Shown here: in pieces, positions 11,182 through 20,730 of the stretch
How the letters are laid out: each line of letters begins with the position of its first letter
Numbering within the stretch: the stretch's first letter is position 1
Source of the DNA: Moniliella sp. 'wahieum'
Lineage: Eukaryota
Direction of reading: 5' to 3'
Assembly: GCA_003971905.1 (NCBI GenBank)
Contig: RSEE01000158.1
Location: 1-64,000, forward strand
DNA length: 64,000 nucleotides
Notes under the pieces: generated by a model
Databases searched by the model: none
What the model was told of the DNA's origin: nothing
Seen by the model: the letters and a program-made list of their open reading frames with translations, nothing else
Translations under genes and position numbers: made by a program

Positions 11182-11323
11182 AGGCGCCAGAAAATGCACC
11201 CCGGGATAACTGGCTTGTGGCAGCCAAGCGTTCATAGCGACGTTGCTTTTTGATCCTCGATGTCGGCTCTTCCTATCATGCCGTAGCAAAATTCGGCAAG
11301 CGTTGGATTGTTCACCCACCAAT

Positions 11324-11370
<47 letters not shown>

Positions 11371-11740
11371 TCCTACCGTAACACGCGAGTCGACAGTAGT
11401 TCCGGCGAGTACGAGAGGAACACCGGGGCCGGGCCTCCAGTGAGCACCTGTCCGACCGGGCAGAGGTGCGCAGCCGCGCCCGCCGAGTAAACACCTGAAC
11501 GCTCTAAGGTGGAACTCGTGCTAGTACGCTCGCATGTGGCTGGACTGGGTACCAATAGGCGCAAGCCGTACACCACGGGGGGGTCTCTGGGGGGGCGACG
11601 CCCCACCACACGCCCCACAATATACACATGAAGCACACTGCAAATCCCCCGCATACGACGGGGCATGGTCCGAGCGCCGTACGCCGTAGAGTGGGCTTGT
11701 TCCCACGATCGGCTGAAGCCCATCTCGGCACCTCTGATTC
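11182..11740 (+). rRNA. 3' portion of the 28S/LSU rRNA gene (PTC, SRL at 11408-11421, domain VI to the 3' terminus)
   Basis: Beyond the SRL it continues with CTGAACGC-TCTAAG, GCATACGAC, GTAGAGTGGGCTTGTTCCCACGATC and terminal CTGATT, colinear with the recalled fungal 25S 3' end. Stems are preserved by compensatory changes. Confidence 0.92.
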
Positions 11741-12156
11741 CCCCCCCCCTCGGGAGGGGGTTCCTGACCAAGTCCCAACCCTACCCCCGAAAAAATATGG
11801 AAAAATAGCGCGCTGCGGCGCAAGAAAGAACGAAAAGAGGGAAAGAAAAGAGGGAAGACTGCGTGAGCGGCGCCGGACGCTCTATCAGGTTTGAGCCATA
11901 CCCTTTACTTGCCCCGTTTTCCCCCCCGTTTTACCCGCTGCGAGCACCCCCAAAACCCTACTGACCACCGCTCGCTCCACTGCGGCGAGTATCCCCTGGG
12001 GGTGTCGCTAGGGGGCTCCCTAGGGTTCTCCCTAGGGTTTCCCTTGTGGATTCTCCCTCCTCCTCCTTGTACTCTCCTACTGGGCTAGCCCCAGTAGGGT
12101 TGCCCCTTGTCAATATACGCCCCCCCCCACCATACCCCCCTCCAAACACCCTGTGT
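11741..12156. other. rDNA 3'ETS / intergenic spacer IGS1
   Basis: Lies between the LSU 3' end and 5S. Contains C/G homopolymer tracts, a C-run/G-run hairpin right after the LSU end, and several AACCCTA/TAGGGTT motifs. Confidence 0.8.
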
Positions 12157-12273
12157 ATCCGCGGCCATAGAACTGTGAAAGCACCGCATCCCGTCCGATC
12201 TGCGAAGTAACCACAGTATCGCCCAGTCAGTACTACGGTGGGGGACCACGTGGGAATCCTCGGTGCCGCGGTT
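12157..12273 (+). rRNA. 5S rRNA gene, same strand as the LSU
   Basis: ATCCGCGGCCATAGAACTGTGAAAGCACCGCATCCCGTCCGATCTGCGAAGT...AGTACTACGGTGGGGGACCACGTGGGAATCCTCGGTGCCGCGGTT; 117 nt with pairing ends; basidiomycete-type 5S. Confidence 0.97.
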
Positions 12274-12274
12274 C

Positions 12275-12279
12275 TTTTT
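12275..12279 (+). terminator. Pol III terminator (T5) of the 5S gene
   Basis: TTTTT immediately after the 5S 3' end. Confidence 0.85.
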
Positions 12280-13169
12280 GCCAACTGACCCTCTGTAAGT
12301 AACCCCCCTCCCGCTCTCCTTTGCACACCCACCCTCCATCGGCAGGGCTCCCCCCGTACTAATACACCCCGCCCCCATCGGCCACCGTTGGCGCTACACC
12401 CCATTCTACCCCCATCTTCGACCCCCCGCCCATGCCCACAACTCTTCCCCCCGCGCCCCACGCCGCCCACACCTCCGTCTCACCCCCCTCTCACTTCGTT
12501 CTAATACCACTTGGCCGTACTCCAACCATGAGGAGCTATAGCACTTCCCCGCATGCCCCCTATAGAGCACGTATGTAGTCGCTGCCCTGCCCACCGCCCC
12601 ACCTCCGGCCGTAACCTATAGAGCCCGTACATATACAGTTTGGCGTACGGGTGTAGCATCGTGCTTCCCTCAGCACGTTACCCTATAGCGTGTACACCCT
12701 CGAAGCGCGGCTTGGAATTATAATTAACCCTAGTTCAGTCGCTGCGGATTCGCAACCCTAGTGCCCCGTTGCCATTGAACTGTGCTGGTTTTTCGGGCCT
12801 GCCCCCCATCCTCTCACCCACCACCACCACTACACGTATGCCAAGGCATCGCCCTGACCACCACCTCCAGCATGCATGTTACCTCTGTCGGCTGACCTCC
12901 GCGACGTGACCAATGCCGGGCCATGCCGGGCATCCTCCCAACGGTGCTCATTTCTCTTGGCCACTCGCCCCTTCCACAACACAGTCTTCCCCTTCCAATT
13001 GCCATTTGTGTGCCGGCGAAGCGCATAAGCCGAGGAGCGCAACAACATACCGAACGTCAGTTACTCATCGGCTGAACGCATGCCCTGCTTGGAGTCACTA
13101 GTAAGTCCCACTATTGCCTCGTTGCTCATCGCTGACTGTCCAAGTGCAGATATGAGTGCCTTACGGGAT

Positions 13170-13920
13170 GTACTTGTCCCTATCTATACGTTGCGAAACC
13201 ACAGCCTAAGGAACGGGCTAGGCAATTACGGCGCGGGCAAGAACATTGGTACGATGACGATGCGCCCTCGACAATGCGAGCGGTGCTCCCGATTCGGGCA
13301 TACGGCAGCGGTCTGCCAACGCGACTGGGGGCAAGAAGTGCGGCCTGTGCCGCATCCCCGGCCACCGACGCGACCAATGCCAAGACTGATTGATGCGTCG
13401 ATCAGGGCGATTGCTCGCAAGAAAGGGGTACCCCGAGCAAGTTGAATGCAGCGCAGAAGAAATCGTGGCGAACGGGTCGGAGCGAATCGGAGTGTTGGCA
13501 GCAGCGGCTGCCGCGTTGGATGCGTCCCGGGCAGGCGCGCGTGGTTCATGGAAAGAAAACGTGGTCGGTTTACTACTCCCCTCCGACTCGGAGGGGGAGT
13601 CTTTTGGCGGCGGTCAAGACGCCAGGACGGGGACGATCGCGGTCGCCGGGCGTCAATGGGGCCGGTGCGCCGCTCGACGCGGAGGGCAGCGCTCAACGCT
13701 TGTCTTTGTGCGCAGGGCTGCCGTTGCGGAGAGACGGCCTTGGTCCCCTTGCCTGGTGGATCCGACAATGGGTTGGAGTCGGGCAAGGAAGGAGGGGACG
13801 GAGTGGGAAGCGAGGGGGGTGGATCGGAGGGCGAGGGGGGCGGCGGCGAGGGTGAGGCGGCCAGCTCGGGGCGGAGGCGTTCTCGAGGCGGCCTCTGGTC
13901 TATCCCCCCCCCGTCTAGCC
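13170..13920 (+). mobile_element. Degenerate 5' part of a related CRE-like element (twin CCHC knuckles plus low-complexity linker)
   Basis: CERCSRFGHTAAVC, then KCGLCRIPGHRRDQCQ and LIDASIRAIA, matching KLCGVCHTPGHRRDQCQELVDQSIRRMA of the young copies; shared TACGGCGCGGG upstream. Confidence 0.8.
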
Positions 13921-13948
13921 CCTGGCGAAGCTCCTTCCCAGTGAAAAG

Positions 13949-14548
13949 AAAACAGTGCCATGTTCACCAACGTCGCCTGGGGCACCATGCTAGCCATCGC
14001 TACACACGCTCTCACACGCCGCTCCCCCACCAAGCTCGTCCCTCCACCAACACTGCCACCACAGTAAACGCCACTACTAAGCAGGTGCGTTGTTGCAGCG
14101 TTGGACATACGTCTGCATGCACATCCCCTCCCTCCTGCTTCTATTCTGCTCACCCCCGCGTCTACTCTGCGTTGCCTCCTCCCCCCCAGGCCCAGCATAC
14201 GGCTCCACACACCGGGCATATGCCATTTGTCGTTTAAGGTGGGACTTTCGGCCATCCTGTTTGCCCGGTACGTGCCGGCTCTGGCGTATCCCCTTAAAAT
14301 GCCCTTGCCTCTCACACCACCGAACGTGTCGATCCTGACGTGTTTTCCTCTCTCCTCTCTTATATAGCGGATTCTTCCCTCTGACATACCACCAGGCATC
14401 ATGGTCCCCGCCCTGCTCGACAACCCACTGCCCATGCCGGGGGGAACTGACGAGCCTGACTGGGAAACCCAGTAACGTCAAGTGATCCGGGCCAAAGGGG
14501 ATAAAACATGCCATGTTCACCAACGTCGCCTGGGGCAACCATGCTAGC
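13949..14548 (+). repeat. 46-bp direct repeat pair (13949-13994 and 14503-14548)
   Basis: AAAACA(G)TGCCATGTTCACCAACGTCGCCTGGGGCA(A)CCATGCTAGC occurs twice, differing only by single-base indels. Confidence 0.9.
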
Positions 14549-17500
14549 GGGCATGCCCTTGTGGAACATCTCGTGCAAGTCAATATCAAACGCGCCGACC
14601 AACGCAACCTCGGTGCTGTTGTCTCGTCACTGTCCCTCGCCCGCCTATCTACTTGCTTCCCGCCAAGAAACGGTTATTGCCACTGCGTACGAGCGACTCT
14701 GGCATGAAAGTGGTGGCAGGTGGCCGTTGCAGCCCTTTTATGAGTCCCCTCGGTTTCTCATGGCGCCCTGCCCCAGCTCTGTCTCGAAGCGCCCCACGCG
14801 TGTGCAAGACGATGAATGTGACGCAACTGAGTGCCGATGACTATGCCCCGAATCGGCAGTGGTTGGACGAACGGCTCCCCCAGCCCAGGCGACCCTGGAC
14901 GATCTCAAAGCTCGATCAAAACCGGATCATCGATATCTCTACCACGGCGGCTGTCCTGGCTAACTGTGTCAGTACATTCGATGACCCGCCATCCGTTGGG
15001 ATGCTCTTTGTCCTTTTGGCAGCCCGCCGCGGTAACAGGTGAGATGATGAAAGGGGGTAAAAGGAGAGAAAGAGCGCGAGGAGTAAGAGGTGCTAACCGC
15101 ACATGCCTCATGAGGAGATGGGGCGCCATCCCAACTCTCACGACTGCGCAAGATGATGCACTCTTCTTTGTCCGATACTCAACGTTGTACCTCAACTCAC
15201 GTCTTGGTCAGCACATCACGGGGGGGACCGCAACGTTACAACAACTGGAATGATACGGAGGACCGAATGAGTATCTGGCGACCAGAACGTACGTATATGA
15301 TGATGCTCTTTTCAGGGTCGTGACGCAAATCCCACTAGAAAAGGAACCGAAGGGGACGATATACTTACTGGATTCATTTTGCCTATCAGTTTGACCAGGC
15401 TTCGCAAGATGCCTAGCGCTGGACAGCCAAGTTGTTTGTCGCCATGGAAGGCGCTGCCCACCCCGCCAAGGAGCAGCCCCCTTGAATAATAGAGTGCCTC
15501 CTTTGACTGGAACGCTATGCATGGCTCGTCGGTGTTGACGAGCACCTCAGTGCTTCATCCCATGCCGCCTCCATCTTCCTTGCTCCAGCGACGAATGTTC
15601 TCTTGACTGGGATAAGGGCGTGGCAAGGCTGCCGTTGGCACTGGTGTTCGGTTTATGACTATCTGCCCTGCTGGCCCAGGTTGTGATGGCGGTACGTCAC
15701 CCATGTCTCTTGTACAGTTCAAGTTACTGACACAAAGCAGATCAACACCGCGCATAAGCAACTGCGACGTCCGTCCTCATGCAACAAGGAACCTGCCTGG
15801 ATCAATACCCCTTTTCCAGGCATACGCGCGTACGCGGTGGCCATTCAGGCACTGCTCCACTTGACGATGGGCAGGTGCACTGGCAACGAAAGTTCCCGCT
15901 CCACTCCCCCTTCGATGGGGTCTGCTCGACGATCTGATTGCCATTTGGCCGGGCAGGGACGTGCGAAGGCGGTGTCGGGACCTGCATCATCTCTTTTAGC
16001 GGTCGGGCGCCGCCCCTGAGGGATAGCCAGCTGCTTGGGCAACACGGTGGACGCCTTCCACGCATCATCTGCAGCACTTCCTGCTGCAGGTGCTGCATGG
16101 AGCGGCTGCTGCTCGTGCGAAAGGGAGAGACAGGTGGTTGGTAGTTTTCTTGGCCGCAACGAGAGATGTTAGGCGACACAAAGCGAGCACCCCGGCGAAC
16201 AACAACAATCGACCGACTCGGCGAGGGTGCGAGGATGACTGGCGAGTCGAGGAGCAGCCGGCAGGGCAACGGCATGCACATGGCCTCGAGGCGAAACAGC
16301 TGCAGAAGCATGGTTGCTGGGCGGGACAACAGCCAAGGAGGTAGCCAAATCGGTTGCGGCGGCTGGAACAACGGGGACAACGGCGGTGAAGGCGAGAGGG
16401 GGGACGAGACGCGAGGGGAAGGCAGGGTGTACCACCAAAAGACGCACTGGGTGCGCTGCGTGCCGGATTGGCGGGTGCGGTAGACAAGGCACCGCTTGCT
16501 TGGTCCGCTGTGCTGCCGAGCGAGGCTAACGCCTAGTGCTGTCCCCAAGAATCGGCAGGGTAGGTTGGTTCGTGGCCAGGCCAGGCCGGTAAGGACGCGC
16601 CAACAAGGCGGGTGTACATGGGCCGGGAAGCCGCGCGCGGCGAAGCGCCAGTGGCGGAGCGTGGTGCCGATGTGGGTGCGGATGCCCCCCCCGGCACACC
16701 CTGGGCCGCTCAGCGTCGTCGCGTTGCGGCCGCCGCGTCGGTTGGCGCGCGCACGCCGTTGCAAAGTCCCACATTGGCTGCGGCCACACCTACAACCCTA
16801 GCGCCGCACTCAATTTAATCTCGCCGCGTCTGCGCGGCTTTTGCTTCTGCGCCACCAACCAGCACTGGGGCCGCTGCTGCAGCTCGTCCAGCTTCTTCTC
16901 GTGTACACCAAGACGGCTGCGTTGCTCATGCGCCCCTTGCCTCCGCTTCTTGCTGCCCATCCTTGTTGATGCCGGCCCGATGCGAGAGCGCGGCTGGGAC
17001 GCAGGCCTAGACGAGTCCCAGGCCTAGGCGATGGTTGCAGCAGCATGCCGAGCAAGACCGCTGTTCCCTGACCCTCCCACCTCCAGTCATCGGTCCGAAG
17101 AACCTGGCCTTCTGTGCAAACGTGGATCGTGTCCTTCCCCAATCGGCCGCTTCTACTCAAACGCGGTCGACGCGATGCGTGGCGGAATGCAAATCAACCT
17201 GAAGGTGGCCCACCCAGGGGTCCTCACAACTGGATTCTGCGTTTGGTGGCAACGAGGGCAGCAGCAGGGATAGCCCGCTCCCCTTTTCTGGTCAGCAACA
17301 TGCATCATGGACACCTCTCAGAGCCAGCAGCCCACCAACCAAACGCAACACCACTCGCAGACGATTCATTTGCTGGTATTTGCCGCCTTCCATTTGCGTT
17401 GCTTTCCATATTGGCCAACGGCAGCGCGCCAACCTCACTCTGCGATGGAGCACCGACAGCCCGCTTGTATCGACTTTAGTTGTCTCTCCAAATCGGCCGT

Positions 17501-18089
17501 GCTTGGCGCCCAAGAGCAACCATTTGCCACAAATCGGCTTGGTGGCAACTGTCGTGCCAGGAGAAGTGGTCTCATTTCCTCTTAGCAGCTGTGCGTGCGT
17601 TTGGGCTTGTCGGAGTGGGGTGAAGCAACAAGCTCTTGCCACATCAACCTTTGGAGTATTCCTGGTATGGGTATGAGCTTTACCTTGCAAACGCGGATGC
17701 CAACAATGACGACATTCCGGTATTTTTGCCAGCAGTTGCACTGGCAATGTGGGGTCGGATTTGGGTCCATTGCTGTGAGGCTGCTCGTACTGCTGCTTCC
17801 TCGATTGACGACCCAGGCGGGCCCATATCGTCCTGTCCCCCGTGGCGGGTTGCGGCCAAGACGGGGTTGCGCTGTTAGCAAGGTACACTGTTACGCGTGT
17901 GGCCTCTCGTCAGTCTTGTGTTGCCGTTTGCTTCCGGTAAGCCCATCTCCGCCACCTTCCTGGCCGAGGTGCAGCCAAGCCGAGGTGCTACACGTGCAAA
18001 TCCTTTTTTACATTGTCTTGCGCGACGTTGGTCCCGCTATACCCACTATGTGTTACTCAGGTACGAAAGTACCCCATGCCTTGCTCTGC

Positions 18090-18560
18090 TGTGATGTACT
18101 AACAGCGCGCTAAACAGGTACGACTATGCTCTGCCAGAGCCGAATAGCCGATGGAAACAGGCAAGTGGTCAACCCCGCCATCTGCAGAAGCGTCGCTTCA
18201 CATCAGATTAACATGCCGCCAGGCAGCGACAACCTTGGATGGAGGCGGAGGTTGCCAGTTTCCGCCATCCACCTGGCCTGGGATCGTTCCCAATGAACAC
18301 AATGGGCACCCTTTGCAAGAGAGCTTGAGGTCCATTATAAAGACGCGAATCAAGCCATTGCCAGTTTATACCGCGTCGTTTGTGTCGATGAAGAAGGAGC
18401 ACGCATCCGGAGATGGCCTCGCACCTTGAGGGATGGGGCAGCATGGTGGTATGAGAACAACAGATGAAAAGAATTGCTCCTACTGATCGTCCCTCATGAT
18501 GTGTTTGGTCGCGGTGCACACTTCTCTCAGGGATTACCGATCCAGGATGGGCCCAGCGTG
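18090..18560. repeat. Diverged duplication, paralogous to ~30145-30570
   Basis: Shared CAGCGCGCTAAACAGGTAC, GAATAGCCGATGGA, GATGAAGAAGG, GTCCCTC.TGATGTGT and TTACCGA.C.AGGATGG in the same order. Confidence 0.75.
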
Positions 18561-20730
18561 CCAATTTTCTTGGTGTGGATGTCGATGCTTGTACGTGGTC
18601 GTTGTGCTTCTATTGTAGCCCAAGTTGTGACATCTATCATTAGCCAAGCGCAGCATCGGAGGCAATCGGGCCGGACGCATGCAGCCCTTCAACTCGTCAC
18701 GTCAACGCCCCACAGCCAGTCGTTCAAAGTGCGAATTGAGACGCACGCCGACACGGCACTGCCCTGTTTGGTTATCGGCGCTGCACCACAAGCCAAGCCA
18801 GTCCGGATTCGCACTCCCCGCGGTTCCGCCGACAAGGAAGGCCCTCAAGTTGCTATCGAGGAGCAAGTGCTGTTCGCTGCTGTCTGTTATGCGGGGCCGG
18901 TACAGACGTGGAGAACGGGTGCAGGGAGCGAGCGGCCACCGCGGGCTGCCTTTTGCACAGTCACAGCACTTCGAAAGAAGATGGGGTCGGCGGCGACAGG
19001 CTTGTCTGCTGCCAGAGAACGCGTTTGCTGACCGAGCAGGCCGGTCTAGCCGCAGTTCCATCCCTTCACCGTGCACGAGACCCGGTCTGTCGTTGCCATA
19101 AGGAGGGATGAAGGGCGCCGCATCTCGAACCCCTGAAGAGGATGCAGATGGTCTGGTTAGCGTCAATGAACCTCGCTCTCGGTAGTAGAATATTGATGAT
19201 TGATGAGACGATTGGCTCGCCGCGCTTGCCGATGGGGTGGGCTGTCGACCCCGGAACCCGAGCCGTGTCGGAGTGAATCCTCAGCCCGCTCTTCTGTTTG
19301 CCACTCCCTCATCATTCACCATTCAGCTTCCCCCTCCCCCCACCCTCGGCCCCTCCGGTGGCGTAGGAGATACACCCTTTGTCCTGGTGCTGTAAACGCG
19401 ACGGTCGTCCTGGAATTGTCTCGTTCTGCTTGGCCGGCAAGAATCGGTCCCCCCCCCGAGCGCGTTGCGGGTCATAACGAAGAGATGCAAGCGATGGGTA
19501 TACCAGCCTGTTAACCTGGTCCACCTTCGTGGCCTCCATGCCATTTTCGACCGAAGTGGATCTAAGCTGTCTTGTGCTTGCTTGTACATTACGTGTACAT
19601 CTAAGGTACATCATCTTGGGGAACTCGTTGCTGGCACTGCGTCCTGGGAGACCCAAGCATGTCCATTCATTCCTTGCGACTGCCCGGCATATATCGCACC
19701 GATCCCACCACACAGACGCCTCGGAACCCCACCGCCCAAGGAACATCACTCGCCACCAAACGGGTGTGGGTGACTGCAATGTTGGGGACTGATTCTGCTA
19801 TTCTTCCAGTGGGCAGCGCAGCTTCGGTCGCGCCAAAAGCGTGTGTGGCAGTGCGCTCGTCCTCTGTACTCGGAGCAGGAGACGACAACGTTTGGGCCCA
19901 TATTCGCTGTTCGGCAACGATTCTGACATGTGCGTGGCGTTGGTTGGGCTAAGGACGCGGCCGGTGTGCGAGCTGCAGAGCAGGGTAGCACCGGTGCCAA
20001 CACCAAAGGTACTCCTGGTGGGGTTGACGAATACGAAGGCTAGCAACGCTCCATTCGCCGAAGAGCCAGACCCCTACCGCCTAAGAGCGTCGATGGCTAG
20101 CAATAAGCGCCTTCCTTGCATGAGCATGCCAATAGCCTCTCAGTGCTTCATCCCATGCCGCCCCATTCCTTGCGCCAACTACGAATATCCTTGTCGGCTT
20201 GCCTGTCATGACGTATGGCAATGCCACTATCGTTATTGTTCGCCTTGGGGCCCTGGTACTGTGTGAGTGCGGTGCTGTACACCTTGTCCATGCCGTGATA
20301 ATGTGGCGCGATGTCGCCGCCGTTACCAACGATAGGATTAGCTGCTACCGGTACGGGCGGTTTCACTGCAACATTGTTGTGCACATTCGTTTCGACGAAG
20401 CTTGCTGGCTCGCATTGTGGTAATAGTACGTTTGCCCCCGCTCTCTTGTCCTCTCTTGCGATGCGAGTTACTGACAACCGACGCAGCCCAAACTCAGCAC
20501 CAGTAGTAATTGGAACGAACATGCTTGTCCAAAGAAACTGGCTGTATCAATGCCTCTTTTCCACAGCATCCGACGCGTACGCGGTAAACGTGTAGCGCTG
20601 CTCTGTGGGACGATGAGCAGTGCCCTCGCCAGTCAACTGCGTGCACTGCTCTCCCCTATGTTGTACGGAAGGCGCAGGGGCTTTGGGCAGCAAGGGACGT
20701 GCGAAGCCAGTGTCGGACGAGCGCCACCCG

